Of a DNA stretch of 64,000 bases, positions 19,057 to 29,315 are shown piece by piece. Under the pieces are notes generated by a model. The model searched no databases and was not told the DNA's origin. It was given only the letters and a program-made list of their open reading frames with translations. The position numbers and the translations under genes were made by a program. Where the stretch lies: contig JBBAJS010000002.1 of the NCBI GenBank assembly GCA_040403975.1, positions 98,703 to 162,702 of the forward strand. Reading direction: 5' to 3'. Every line of letters begins with the position of its first letter. The stretch's first letter is position 1. Source of the stretch: Sediminibacterium sp. Lineage in GTDB: Bacteria; Bacteroidota; Bacteroidia; Chitinophagales; Chitinophagaceae.

Positions 19057-19098
19057 AATAAAAATGGCTAACTGTATTTCCAGCTAGCCATTTTTATT
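19057..19098. terminator. Bidirectional terminator between convergent genes
   Basis: Perfect 14-bp inverted repeat aataaaaatggcta / tagccatttttatt, with A/T runs on both flanks. Confidence 0.7.
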
Positions 19099-19110
19099 TT
19101 AATCAATAAT

Positions 19111-19374
19111 CTATTTGTTGGGCTTAAAACTAAGTTTGAAATAAAACAAAATCAAAGCCAATATTAATACAATTGTATTTGCCGCAATCACAGGCCCGCT
19201 ATTTACATTGAATGCATAGATCAACCAAACTATTGTGCTGGTAATTACAATGAGTATCATCCAGATACTAAGATCACCTACACTCTTTGTTTTCCATGCC
19301 TGCCATACTTGTGGAATAAAAGTTATAGCACTTAAGAAAGCGCCAAAATAGCCTAAGAGTTCATTTAAATTCAT
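19111..19374 (-). CDS. SemiSWEET / PQ-loop sugar transporter (single triple-helix bundle)
   Basis: 87 aa with three TM helices and the PQ motif (ITFIPQVWQAWKTK). Confidence 0.8.
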   Translation of the reverse strand: MNLNELLGYFGAFLSAITFIPQVWQAWKTKSVGDLSIWMILIVITSTIVWLIYAFNVNSGPVIAANTIVLILALILFYFKLSFKPNK

Positions 19375-19392
19375 TGTTTCTTTTTTTTAAAA

Positions 19393-20214
19393 CTATTGAT
19401 TAGCAATTCCTAATTTTTCCATTACTTCATTACTTACACCAGTTGTAGAGTAGCCACCGTCATGAAATAAATTCTGCATGGTTACCATTCTAGTTAAGTC
19501 GGAAAATAAAGTAATACAATAATTAGCGCAGTCTTCTGCTGTTGCATTACCTAAAGGAGCAACCGCATTGGCAAAATCATAAAAATCACCAAACCCTTTG
19601 ATGCCGGTACCTGCAGTGGTTTTAGTTGGAGATTGAGAAACAGTATTGATTCTTACTTTCTTTTCTAATCCATAATGATATCCAAAACTTCTTGCGATCG
19701 ATTCTAACATAGCTTTGATGTCGGCCATATCAGTATAGAAAGGAAATGTTCTTTGAGCAGCCATATAAGTTAAAGCAACCACACTTCCCCATTCATTGAT
19801 GGCATCTAATTTTTTAGCAACTGCTAACATTTTATGAAAAGACATAGCAGACACATCAATTCCTTTCATAAAATAATCATAGTTAGATTCGGTATAAGGA
19901 ATCTTTTTACGAATGTTTACACTCATACCAATTGAGTGTAAAACAAAATCTAGTTTACCACCCAATATTTCTTGAGATTGAGTAAATAAATTGGATAGTT
20001 CATCAACATTCGTAGCATCGGCAGGTATAATTTTCGATCCGGTCTCTTCTGCCAGTTTATTGATTTCACCCATTCTCATTGCAATGGGTGCATTGGTTAA
20101 TACAAATGTAGCGCCTTCTTCATGTGCTTTCTGGGCTACTTTCCATGCAATTGAATTTTCATCCAATGCACCTGTAATTATTCCTCTTTTTCCTTTTAGT
20201 AAATTGTATGCCAT
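19393..20214 (-). CDS. fabI: Enoyl-[acyl-carrier-protein] reductase (NADH), FabI
   Basis: LKGKRGIITGA...SIAW N-terminus and the Y..M....K catalytic region. Length is 273 aa. Confidence 0.9.
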   Translation of the reverse strand: MAYNLLKGKRGIITGALDENSIAWKVAQKAHEEGATFVLTNAPIAMRMGEINKLAEETGSKIIPADATNVDELSNLFTQSQEILGGKLDFVLHSIGMSVNIRKKIPYTESNYDYFMKGIDVSAMSFHKMLAVAKKLDAINEWGSVVALTYMAAQRTFPFYTDMADIKAMLESIARSFGYHYGLEKKVRINTVSQSPTKTTAGTGIKGFGDFYDFANAVAPLGNATAEDCANYCITLFSDLTRMVTMQNLFHDGGYSTTGVSNEVMEKLGIANQ

Positions 20215-20294
20215 ATAATGTGTTTATTTTTCATGATTATTTTAAGAGCCATCAAGATTCGAATATACGAATTCACCTTAGATAATCGGATTTT

Positions 20295-21947
20295 CTATCT
20301 TATCATTTCCTTAGCATTTTCTATAGCAGCGGCTGTTGGTTTTTCTCCACTGAGCATTTTGGCAATGGCATCAATACGTTCATCTTCTTTTAACAATCTG
20401 ATCGTAGTTTGCATTTGCTCATTTTTAAATTCTTTATATACATAAAAGTGCGCATCTGCTTTACCTGCTATTTGGGGCTGATGAGTGATACAAATGATCT
20501 GGCGATTGTTGGCCATTTTCTGCATGATTTGACCGACTTGTTTTGCAGCTTCGCCAGATATGCCAGTATCAATTTCATCAAATATTAATGTTGGAAGATT
20601 AATATATTCTGCAACCAGAGATTTTATGCATAGCATTAAACGACTCAATTCACCTCCACTGGCCACTTTTTTAATTGATTCGAATTTATTGGTGTTATTC
20701 GCGTCAAATAATAGTTCTACGTTTTCTAATCCAAATTCATGCAAATGGGTGCTTACTAATTTAACTTGAATTTTAGCATTTGGCATTCCCACCTGTTTCA
20801 ATAAGCTGTTTACTTTTTTCTCGAAATCGGGAATGGTTTTATTCCTTGCAATGCTCATTTTTTTTGCTTGAGTTTCTGCAATTAAGAACATGTCACTTGC
20901 TTCTTTTTCTAAACTGATAATCAAATCATCCAGATGAAGCACCTGCGCTAATTTAGTAGCTAATTCATTTTTGATAGCAATTAATTCTATTGTTGTTTTT
21001 ACTCCATGTTTTTTTAGTAATTTAAAACCATCATTCAATCTTTGATTGATCCATTCAATTCTTTTTGCATCGAATTGAATGTTGCCATTAATTTGTTCTA
21101 GTTCATCAGCAATGTCTTGTAATTCTACATGTGTTGCTTTTAACCTGTTGCATAATTCCGGGATCGATTGGTGATACTCTTGAAAAGGAACCAATTGTTG
21201 AAGTAGTTGTTTTAACTGAACAACTATGGGTTGATCAGCATTATTTAAAGCAGCATTTATTTTTTCTAAACCAGTTTTAATATTCTCTGCATTGCTCAAC
21301 ATTTTTAGTTCTTCCTCAAGTGCTTCCAATTCATTTTCACTTAGATTTAATTCATCTATTTCATCGAATAAAAATTGATGATAATCGGCTTCCTTAATAA
21401 AATTAGCTTTTTGCGCTTTTACAGTTAAAAGTTCTTTATTAATCCCCTGCCATTTTAAATAACTAATTCTAAAAGATTGAACTGACTCTAAATTGCCAGC
21501 TAATGCGTCAATCACCTGTCTCTGAAAATCACTATCGCCCAATTCTAGCGTATCAAATTGTTGGTGTAAATCAACTAGCATTCCTGCTAATTGTTTTAAT
21601 TGAATCAATGAGGCGGGGCTATCATTAATAAATGCCCTTGATTTACCATTGACGCCTATTTCTCTTCTAAGAATTAATTCTTCATCTATATCTATATCGT
21701 GTTCTTTTAAAAAAGCTAGTACTGCTGCTTTATTGTCGTTACTAAAATAACCTTCAATGAAACATTTTTGTTGATTATTTACCAATACAGTGCTATCTGC
21801 CCTTTCCCCTAGAATCAAACTTAAAGCACCCATTAATATGCTTTTACCGGCCCCTGTTTCACCAGTAATAATATTGAGCTTACCCGAAAAGTCAATATTG
21901 ATTTCGTTAATAATTGCGTAGTTCTGAATGATTAGTTTTCGAAGCAC
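20295..21947 (-). CDS. recN: DNA repair protein RecN
   Basis: SMC-like Walker A GETGAGKS, a long coiled coil, and C-terminal SGGELSRLML and LIFDEIDTG. Confidence 0.95.
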   Translation of the reverse strand: MLRKLIIQNYAIINEINIDFSGKLNIITGETGAGKSILMGALSLILGERADSTVLVNNQQKCFIEGYFSNDNKAAVLAFLKEHDIDIDEELILRREIGVNGKSRAFINDSPASLIQLKQLAGMLVDLHQQFDTLELGDSDFQRQVIDALAGNLESVQSFRISYLKWQGINKELLTVKAQKANFIKEADYHQFLFDEIDELNLSENELEALEEELKMLSNAENIKTGLEKINAALNNADQPIVVQLKQLLQQLVPFQEYHQSIPELCNRLKATHVELQDIADELEQINGNIQFDAKRIEWINQRLNDGFKLLKKHGVKTTIELIAIKNELATKLAQVLHLDDLIISLEKEASDMFLIAETQAKKMSIARNKTIPDFEKKVNSLLKQVGMPNAKIQVKLVSTHLHEFGLENVELLFDANNTNKFESIKKVASGGELSRLMLCIKSLVAEYINLPTLIFDEIDTGISGEAAKQVGQIMQKMANNRQIICITHQPQIAGKADAHFYVYKEFKNEQMQTTIRLLKEDERIDAIAKMLSGEKPTAAAIENAKEMIR

Positions 21948-22045
21948 TTTTTAAAATCTTTTATAGTAAACCAATTTTCAATTGTTGTGAGCAAGTTAGT
22001 AAAGCTTGTTTAAATGATTAGCAGACTTTTTTCTAATTCTTTTGC

Positions 22046-23533
22046 TTATTCACCTGTGCACCTTAATATACCTGATTTTGCCTTTTGGTCTAAGGAGTCT
22101 TTGTATTCATGATCTTCCATATCAAGGCATTTTTGGTAATACACAATTGCCAATTTAGTTTGACCTCTTTGCTCATATATCTGGGCAATCTGTAAAGCGG
22201 CTCTAGCAGCAAAATACTCTTTTCTATTTATGCCAATTTTAATGGCTATTAAATAGTTCCGAATTGCATCATCAGTCCTGCCTAAATCATCATAAATTCT
22301 TGCACTACGATAGGCGAATTCCAGTTTATCTTCTATTTTATCAAAATCGTCTTCTGTTTTCCCAGCTAACAATTTGAATGATTCAATATGGTATCCACCA
22401 TCATTCAATAAACGTGCTTTTAATAAAAGTAAATTGGGCCAATAATTATTTTTGGCATCTTTTGATGCTTGTTTATCGGCATCTGATTGCGTTGATCCTT
22501 TTTTGAGAATTTGTTTTCGAGCATCTTCTGCAGCTTTCAAGTTTCCTTGAAGATAATTGATCCAGCTTATTTTTTGGTATGCGTCTTTAATGTAAAATTT
22601 ACCCTTGAAATTTTGCGTGTACATTTCAAAATGACTTTTAGCTTCTTGATATTCCAAATGGTACAATTTAGCATAACCCAATTGAAAATCCCATACACTT
22701 ATTTTAAGGTATTCTTCCGATTTATTTCTGTTTTGAATAATTGATTTAGAAAGTTCAACCTGCTTATTGTTTAAAGCAAGGTTTGATGCCATATAAGCAT
22801 GTAAATGGTTATTGACGATGTCTAATTTTCTTTGTTGTATAAATAGCAAAGCTTCCTCTTTTTTATTTTCTATAAAAAATAAGAGATAAGGGTAAATGAA
22901 TGCAGCCTGATTAAAAAAGAGTTTAGCCCATGGATCATTATTATTAGTGAATTGATTGATCTTTTTCATGCCCTCTGTAATGGATCCTTTCATTCCCAGA
23001 ATATTGACTAACCATTTGTATCCTTTTGGAACTGTTCCTATTACTGTTTCTAATGCACCATACATAATATCATTAGGGGAGAAACCAGGAAATTTTTTCT
23101 TATTTTCTTTTAGTAGAACATATGCCTTTCTAAAATCCCAGGCTGCATCCCAGGTATTCCCAAACTTTACGGATACGCTGGCCCTCTGTAATCGGATAAT
23201 GGCCAAAGAGAATAAATAGAATGGTGATGATTTTGGTCCATCTTCTATACTATTCAATCTTTCTTGAAATTGTGGAAATAGTGATTCATAATCTGCAGGA
23301 TTTTCATTCAGGAATAAAACATAAAAATCGGCATAGCTTTCTAATAATACTGGAATTAGATTGTCTTGATTTACTTGTAGCGCTTTTTGTGCAAGAATTT
23401 TTCCAGGCTTAATTTTTAATTTAGTGATCTCTTGAAAGGATTGTACACAGGTTGCATTAAAATCAAATACTTTTTGTGATGATGCACAAAAAGTAAAAAA
23501 AACAAAGGAGAGGAGTAATAAATTTGACTTCAT
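22046..23533 (-). CDS. Tetratricopeptide-repeat protein, secreted
   Basis: Signal peptide, with TPR-like repeats near the C-terminus (AALQIAQIYEQRGQTKLAIVYYQKCL). Confidence 0.6.
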   Translation of the reverse strand: MKSNLLLLSFVFFTFCASSQKVFDFNATCVQSFQEITKLKIKPGKILAQKALQVNQDNLIPVLLESYADFYVLFLNENPADYESLFPQFQERLNSIEDGPKSSPFYLFSLAIIRLQRASVSVKFGNTWDAAWDFRKAYVLLKENKKKFPGFSPNDIMYGALETVIGTVPKGYKWLVNILGMKGSITEGMKKINQFTNNNDPWAKLFFNQAAFIYPYLLFFIENKKEEALLFIQQRKLDIVNNHLHAYMASNLALNNKQVELSKSIIQNRNKSEEYLKISVWDFQLGYAKLYHLEYQEAKSHFEMYTQNFKGKFYIKDAYQKISWINYLQGNLKAAEDARKQILKKGSTQSDADKQASKDAKNNYWPNLLLLKARLLNDGGYHIESFKLLAGKTEDDFDKIEDKLEFAYRSARIYDDLGRTDDAIRNYLIAIKIGINRKEYFAARAALQIAQIYEQRGQTKLAIVYYQKCLDMEDHEYKDSLDQKAKSGILRCTGE

Positions 23534-23547
23534 CTGTCATCGAAAAT

Positions 23548-23580
23548 AAGAAAGGGTATCCAAATTGAACACCCTTTCTT
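23548..23580 (-). terminator. Terminator-like hairpin downstream of the zinc-ribbon gene
   Basis: 10-bp stem aagaaagggt / accctttctt with a T-rich tract after it on the minus strand. It lies only 15 nt upstream of the next start codon, so it may be leaky. Confidence 0.45.
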
Positions 23581-23601
23581 TTATCTATATTTTAAGGAAG
23601 C

Positions 23602-24357
23602 TTATTTTGCTTCAACAGTATCATTTAAATCTGCGTCTACTAAAATTCTACCACAGTTTTCGCAAACAATGATTTTTTTATGTAAACGAATTTCGCTTTG
23701 ACGTTGAGGAGGTATCGAATTAAAGCAACCACCACAAGCATCACGCTCAACTGGAACAACCGCTAATCCATTTCTGTAGCTTTTACGAATGCGATCGTAG
23801 CTGTAAATTAAACGCTCATCGATATGATTTCTCGCATCAGTGCTTACTTTATTTAAAGCAGTTTCTTCTTTTTCAGTATCAGCAATGATTTTTTCTAATT
23901 CTCCTTTTTTGTGAGTGAGAACGCCTTCTTTAACACTTACTTGCTTTTTAGCAATTTCTAATGCCTTTACTTTTTCAGCAAGTTCTTCATTAGCATCACG
24001 AATATGTTTCTCGGCCAGTTTTACTTCAAGTTGTTGCATTTCAACTTCCTTGTTGATTGCTTCGAACTCTCTATTGTTTTTTACATTGTCACTTTGCTTC
24101 TCGTATTTAGCAACAAGGGCTTCGCTGTCTTTAATGACATTTTTCTTGCCTTCAATAAACTCGGTGATCCCGTTGATTTCTTCTTCAATACGAGTCTGGC
24201 GATTGGTTAATCCTTGGATTTCATCTTCCAAATCGCTTACTTCCATTGGAAGTTCACCTTTTAGAACCTGAATTTCATCCAACTTGCTATCGATCTTTTG
24301 TAAACGCAATAAGTTTACCAATTTTTCTTCAACTGAGAAATCTTTTACAGATGCCAT
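23602..24357 (-). CDS. Coiled-coil C4 zinc-ribbon protein (COG1579/DUF164 type)
   Basis: A long E/K-rich coiled coil, then CGGC...CENCG. It is paired with a Nif3 gene, as is usual. Confidence 0.8.
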   Translation of the reverse strand: MASVKDFSVEEKLVNLLRLQKIDSKLDEIQVLKGELPMEVSDLEDEIQGLTNRQTRIEEEINGITEFIEGKKNVIKDSEALVAKYEKQSDNVKNNREFEAINKEVEMQQLEVKLAEKHIRDANEELAEKVKALEIAKKQVSVKEGVLTHKKGELEKIIADTEKEETALNKVSTDARNHIDERLIYSYDRIRKSYRNGLAVVPVERDACGGCFNSIPPQRQSEIRLHKKIIVCENCGRILVDADLNDTVEAK

Positions 24358-24377
24358 ATATTGTTTGTAGTTTGAGA

Positions 24378-25478
24378 TTACCCTAAAAAATAGCGAACCG
24401 GATTGGTAATATTAGCCGTTTTTAGGACGGCAAAGTTAGGGAATTTGGTGGTTAATTCAGCAAAAACTAGATCAACAGTATATTGTTCACTTTCCCAATG
24501 GCCAATATCCGCAATAACCATTTGCTTATCTGCTTCAAAAAAATCATGGTATTTGATATCTGCACTAACAAAAAAATCAGCTTTAGCGGCTTTTGCAAGC
24601 GGTATTAAAAAGCTCCCTGAGCCACCACAAAACGCTATTTTTTGCACTTTTTTGGCGATGATTGGGCTGTGTTTGATGACAGAAAGGTTAAATTTTGCCT
24701 TTAATAGTTCTAGGAATTCGGTTGATGCAATGGCTGAGGGTAAATCACCTATCATTCCACTTCCAACTAATTGATTTTCATTGTTTAATGGAAAAAAATC
24801 ATAGGCAACTTCCTCGTATGGGTGGGCTTCTTTCAAAGCAAATAAAACGGATGATTGCAAATAAGTTGGTAGAATAACTTCTATCCTTATTTCTTTTACC
24901 AATTCCCTTATACCTTTTTGACCAATTACCGGATTGGCATTTGGAGACCCTTTAAAACTCCCTATGCCTTCTGAACTAAAACTGGTTTCGCTGTATTCTC
25001 CAATATTGCCTGCGCCAGCCTCGAAAAGGGCATTTTTCACTTTTTCTGCAAAATCCAGAGGTACAAAACTGACCAATTTAACCAATCCATTTTTTTTAGG
25101 GGCTAAAATTCGAGTATTGACCAGGCCCAATTGTTCGGCAATCGTGCTGTTTACTCCACCTGAAACATTATCTAAATTGGTATGGATAGCATAAATAGCG
25201 ATATCATTTTTTATGGCATCGATTACTATTCGTTCTACCTCATTAACCCCGTTTATTTTTGAAAGGCCCTTAAAAATGATCGGATGATGTGCTACAATTA
25301 AATTACAATTTTGCTGAATCGCTTCCTGTATTATTTCACTGGTAACATCAAGTGTACAAAGGATTCCAGAGCAATCCATATTTTTATTTCCAACAATTAA
25401 TCCTGCATTGTCGTAAGATTCCTGATAAGCCAGAGGTGCTTTTTTCTCCAACACCGAAATGATTTGACTGATTTTCAT
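24378..25478 (-). CDS. Nif3-like dinuclear metal centre protein (long form with inserted domain)
   Basis: NLIVAHHP, AIYAIHTNLD and C-terminal GHWESE motifs. Length is 366 aa. Confidence 0.85.
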   Translation of the reverse strand: MKISQIISVLEKKAPLAYQESYDNAGLIVGNKNMDCSGILCTLDVTSEIIQEAIQQNCNLIVAHHPIIFKGLSKINGVNEVERIVIDAIKNDIAIYAIHTNLDNVSGGVNSTIAEQLGLVNTRILAPKKNGLVKLVSFVPLDFAEKVKNALFEAGAGNIGEYSETSFSSEGIGSFKGSPNANPVIGQKGIRELVKEIRIEVILPTYLQSSVLFALKEAHPYEEVAYDFFPLNNENQLVGSGMIGDLPSAIASTEFLELLKAKFNLSVIKHSPIIAKKVQKIAFCGGSGSFLIPLAKAAKADFFVSADIKYHDFFEADKQMVIADIGHWESEQYTVDLVFAELTTKFPNFAVLKTANITNPVRYFLG

Positions 25479-25541
25479 TTGTTCATTTTTTCATTGAAAT
25501 AAAGTAGCCACGCGAATGTAGCTTCATTCTATCTTTGTATT

Positions 25542-26396
25542 ATGGTTGATAGCTTATTTCTTTTTAGTGATGGTAAATTCATGAGAACAGGGAAGCCACT
25601 AATTTCACCTAATAACCGCTCTTTTCGTTATGGAGATGGCTTTTTTGAAACAATTAAGTGGAATTCCGGTAAAATTCTGTTGGAAAAATATCATATGGAA
25701 AGGCTATTTCATAGCATAGAAATACTGAAATTCAATCCACCTAAGTATTTTAACCCCAGCTATATTACTCAAGCAATTCATGCATTGGTCCAAAAAAATC
25801 AACACCATCATTTAGCAAGGGTTAGAGTGACCATTTATAGGGGAGATGGTGGTATTTATGACGAACAAAATCACTTTCCACATATCTTGATTCAAACTTG
25901 GGATCTCAACGAAAGTAACAATCGATTAAATGAAAATGGGTTGGAAATTGGGATATTTTCAAAAGCGATCAAATCAGCAGATCATTTTTCTATGATCAAA
26001 AGCAATAATTATTTGCCCTATGTGATGGCCGCTATTTGGGCAAAAGACCAAAAACTAAACGATGCGGTTTTGTTAAACAATAATGGTCATTTAGTAGATA
26101 CCACCATTGCCAATATTTTTATCATCACCAATGGGATCATTAAAACCCCTCCAATTAATGATGGTCCTGTTGCTGGAGTTATGAGAAAGCATGTCATTTT
26201 ACAATTGAAAAAGCATGAATTCGAAGTGGTTGAGTCTTCTATTTCAGTGGAAGATCTGGAAAATGCTGCTGAAATTTTCTTAACAAATGCTATTTATGGA
26301 ATAAGATGGGTCAAAAAACTGGGGGATAAGCAATATACAAATGAGTTAACCATTCATTTACATTCAAAAATTATTGATTTTTTTCCCAATTTTTAA
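25542..26396 (+). CDS. Class IV aminotransferase family protein (aminodeoxychorismate lyase-like)
   Basis: FRYGDGFFET N-terminal motif, the NIF..NG...TP segment and FLTNAI. Confidence 0.75.
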   Translation: MVDSLFLFSDGKFMRTGKPLISPNNRSFRYGDGFFETIKWNSGKILLEKYHMERLFHSIEILKFNPPKYFNPSYITQAIHALVQKNQHHHLARVRVTIYRGDGGIYDEQNHFPHILIQTWDLNESNNRLNENGLEIGIFSKAIKSADHFSMIKSNNYLPYVMAAIWAKDQKLNDAVLLNNNGHLVDTTIANIFIITNGIIKTPPINDGPVAGVMRKHVILQLKKHEFEVVESSISVEDLENAAEIFLTNAIYGIRWVKKLGDKQYTNELTIHLHSKIIDFFPNF

Positions 26397-26491
26397 CAAA
26401 TTTTGTAATAATTGCATATATTTGCCGCAGTATACATCTTACACCCCCATGTAAGTATTAATTAAGCAAACAATCGAATAAATTCAATCAA

Positions 26492-27886
26492 ATGAAATCA
26501 TTAAAATTGACACTGCTAATTGCAGTTATCGGTCTTTTTTCTTCGCAAGTTTTTGCGCAAGCTAAAAAAACCAAACCAGGCATTAGTGCTGGACTTTTGG
26601 GAGCAGTTAATCTAACTGAATTCCGTGTTACTAATCCTAGAGGCATTGACTACAAAACCGGAACAGGATGGGCTGCTGGTGGTTGGTTCAATTTGCCATT
26701 AACTGAAAAGCTTTCTTTTGAGCCTCAAGTTCAGTATTCTGTATTGAAATATGTTGGCAATAATAACCCAGTAGGTCAGTTTGGTGGAACAATGCAATAT
26801 GGTTCTGTTCCTTTGTTGTTGAAGTATCAAACAGGGAAAGACTTCTCGATTCTAGCTGGTTCTCAGGTAGATTTCTTGAATACCTTAAAAAATGATGGTT
26901 CTAGTTCTGCTACTTATTTCAAGAAGCAGTTCTTAAGTGTTAGTGCTGCACTAACAGCTGGTATTGAAGTATTCACTTCTAGAAAAGTACAATTGTACGG
27001 TCGTTATATCTATGGTTTGACTGATATGAAGAGCACTACAAATCCAAATGTAAACAAAGGAAATATCGGTTTTTACAATACTGGATTCCAATTTGGTGTA
27101 AAAGTAAAACTATACGAAAAGAAAGCAGCTTTACCTCCTCCTCCTCCTCCAGCTCCAGTTGCTCCAGTTGTGGTAGCACCTAAAGATACTGATGGCGATG
27201 GTGTTATTGATGATAACGATAAGTGCCCTACAGTTAAAGGATTGGCTAAATACCAAGGATGTCCTATTCCTGACACTGATAAAGATGGTATCAATGATGA
27301 GCAAGATAAGTGTCCTACAGTTGCTGGATTGGCTAAATATCAAGGTTGTCCTGTACCTGATACAGATAAAGACGGTATCAATGATGAAGAAGACAAATGT
27401 CCTACTGTAGCTGGTTTAGCTCGTTACAACGGATGCCCTATCCCTGATACTGATGGTGATGGTGTTAATGATGAAGAAGATAAGTGCCCTACTGTAAAAG
27501 GAACTGTTGAAAACAATGGTTGTCCTGAATTGAAGAAGCAATACAACTTCGATAACAAGAAAGTATTGTTTGTTACAGGAAGCGCTACTTTAACTAAATC
27601 TTCTAAGGTTGAATTAGAGAAAGTGGTTAAAGCAATGAATGAATATCCTTCTTTGAAATTATATGTTGATGGATATACTGATAACACAGGATCTGATAAG
27701 ATCAACAAAGCATTGTCTTTGAAGCGTGCTAATTCAGTGAAAGCTCATTTATTCAGCAAGAAAATTGCAGCTGAAAGATTGTTGACAGATGGCAAGGGAA
27801 GTGAAAGCCCAATTGCAGATAATAAAACTGCAAAAGGTAGAGCTGAAAACAGAAGAGTAGAATTCAGAGTACGTGAGTTGAACTAA
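26492..27886 (+). CDS. OmpA-family outer membrane protein (beta-barrel, Pro hinge, 4 thrombospondin type-3 repeats, OmpA domain)
   Basis: Signal peptide, a porin-like N-terminus, a PPPPPPAPVAPVV hinge, four DTDxDGxxDxxDKCP repeats, and C-terminal GYTDNTGS...NRRVEF. Confidence 0.9.
   Translation: MKSLKLTLLIAVIGLFSSQVFAQAKKTKPGISAGLLGAVNLTEFRVTNPRGIDYKTGTGWAAGGWFNLPLTEKLSFEPQVQYSVLKYVGNNNPVGQFGGTMQYGSVPLLLKYQTGKDFSILAGSQVDFLNTLKNDGSSSATYFKKQFLSVSAALTAGIEVFTSRKVQLYGRYIYGLTDMKSTTNPNVNKGNIGFYNTGFQFGVKVKLYEKKAALPPPPPPAPVAPVVVAPKDTDGDGVIDDNDKCPTVKGLAKYQGCPIPDTDKDGINDEQDKCPTVAGLAKYQGCPVPDTDKDGINDEEDKCPTVAGLARYNGCPIPDTDGDGVNDEEDKCPTVKGTVENNGCPELKKQYNFDNKKVLFVTGSATLTKSSKVELEKVVKAMNEYPSLKLYVDGYTDNTGSDKINKALSLKRANSVKAHLFSKKIAAERLLTDGKGSESPIADNKTAKGRAENRRVEFRVRELN
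27185..27529 (+). repeat. Four tandem 87-bp coding repeats (TSP3 / calcium-binding motif units)
   Basis: Units start at 27185, 27272, 27359 and 27446. Each encodes DTD(G/K)DG(V/I)xD(D/E)xDKCPTV(K/A)G...GCP. Confidence 0.9.
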
Positions 27887-27911
27887 TCTTCAAGTAGCAT
27901 AAGAAATATAT

Positions 27912-27947
27912 AAAATCCCGCTCCAATTTAATTGGGGCGGGATTTTT
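27912..27947 (+). terminator. Intrinsic terminator after the OmpA-family gene
   Basis: Stem aaaatcccgc / gcgggatttt with an inner ccaatt/aattgg extension, followed by a T run. Confidence 0.8.
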
Positions 27948-27993
27948 GATTTATGCCAATAAACTTTTAATCAGTATTTATTGTTGTTACAAA

Positions 27994-29313
27994 ATGCCAA
28001 AGAACGCGACTTTAATTAATATCATGTGGTTTCGAAGAGATCTTCGATTGGAAGACAATCATGCATTGTATGTTGCATTGAAATCGGGGCTGCCAGTAGT
28101 TCCATTATTTATTTTTGATCAATCAATTTTAGATCTTCTAGAAGATAAAAATGATCAGCGAGTAGCGTTTATTCACGCTACAATTTCTTCATTGCAAAAT
28201 CAGTTGGTGTCATTAGGGTCAAGTTTAGATGTGCGATATGGCAACCCGCATGCCGTTTTTAAAGAATTATTGAAAGACTATAATGTTGAGCAAGTTTTCA
28301 CCAATCACGATTATGAACCTTACGCAAAAGAGAGAGATGAATCCATTGAGTCTTTATTAAAAGATCATCATATAAAGTTGAATTCATATAAAGACCAGGT
28401 GATTTTTGAAAAACAAGAAATTGTAAAAGAAGATGGAAAACCTTACACTGTTTTTACTCCATATAGTAATAAATGGAAGGCTAAATTAACCGATGCAGAT
28501 TGTGTTTCATTTCCAAGTGAGAAATTGATCAAACATTTTTTTCAACAAAACCCCTTGGTTGTTCCATCATTGGAATCGATGGGATTTTCATCAAGTCCTC
28601 ATCAATTTCCTTCGAAAGAATTGAATGAAACCATTGTGATTCATTATGCTGATCAAAGAAATTTCCCCGGTAATCAGAAAGGTACATCGAGGTTGGGTGT
28701 GCATTTACGTTTTGGAACTGTTAGTATTCGTACGTTAACTAGAAGGGCAAGGGTATTGAATGAAACATTTTTAAATGAATTGATTTGGAGAGATTTTTAT
28801 CATGGTATTTTATGGCATTTCCCACGAGTAGGAAAGGGAGCTTCATTTAAACCAGAATACGATCGAATTGAATGGAGAAATAATGAAACCGAGTTTGAAG
28901 CTTGGTGTAATGGAATGACAGGTTACCCTATTGTGGATGCGGGTATACGTGAATTGAATACCACAGGCTTTATGCACAATCGAGTTCGAATGATTGTTGC
29001 TTCCTTTTTAACCAAGCATTTATTGATTGATTGGAGATGGGGTGAAGCTTATTTCGCTCAAAAATTACTGGATTTTGATTTGGCTGCAAATAATGGGGGA
29101 TGGCAATGGGCAAGTGGAAGTGGTTGTGATGCGGCTCCATATTTCAGGGTATTCAATCCTTATTTGCAAACGGGGAAATTTGATCCGAAATTTGAATACA
29201 TCAAAAAATGGGTTCCTGAATTTCAAGAATTAAATTATCCTAAGCCAATAGTTAATCATGAATTTGCGCGTAAGCGAGTGTTAGAAGTGTATGCAAAAGC
29301 ACTGAAGAAATAA
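27994..29313 (+). CDS. Deoxyribodipyrimidine photolyase / cryptochrome family protein
   Basis: WFRRDLRLEDNHAL N-terminus and the FAD-binding region (WRDFY, NGGWQW, FRVFNP). I preferred the ATG at 27994 over the TTG at 27946. Confidence 0.9.
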   Translation: MPKNATLINIMWFRRDLRLEDNHALYVALKSGLPVVPLFIFDQSILDLLEDKNDQRVAFIHATISSLQNQLVSLGSSLDVRYGNPHAVFKELLKDYNVEQVFTNHDYEPYAKERDESIESLLKDHHIKLNSYKDQVIFEKQEIVKEDGKPYTVFTPYSNKWKAKLTDADCVSFPSEKLIKHFFQQNPLVVPSLESMGFSSSPHQFPSKELNETIVIHYADQRNFPGNQKGTSRLGVHLRFGTVSIRTLTRRARVLNETFLNELIWRDFYHGILWHFPRVGKGASFKPEYDRIEWRNNETEFEAWCNGMTGYPIVDAGIRELNTTGFMHNRVRMIVASFLTKHLLIDWRWGEAYFAQKLLDFDLAANNGGWQWASGSGCDAAPYFRVFNPYLQTGKFDPKFEYIKKWVPEFQELNYPKPIVNHEFARKRVLEVYAKALKK

Positions 29314-29315
29314 AA

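Noticed and set aside
23915-24271. 118-aa and 68-aa ORFs antisense to the coiled-coil zinc-ribbon gene.
   Set aside because: The Ser/Leu/Phe-rich translations are the expected mirror of E/K-rich coiled-coil codons, so they are not credible proteins.
26402-26424. A promoter for the OmpA-family gene (TAtaTTTG at 26417-26424).
   Set aside because: The -7 element matches the consensus, but the nearest upstream TTTG is only 11 nt away rather than 19-21 nt. The evidence is too weak to list as a feature.
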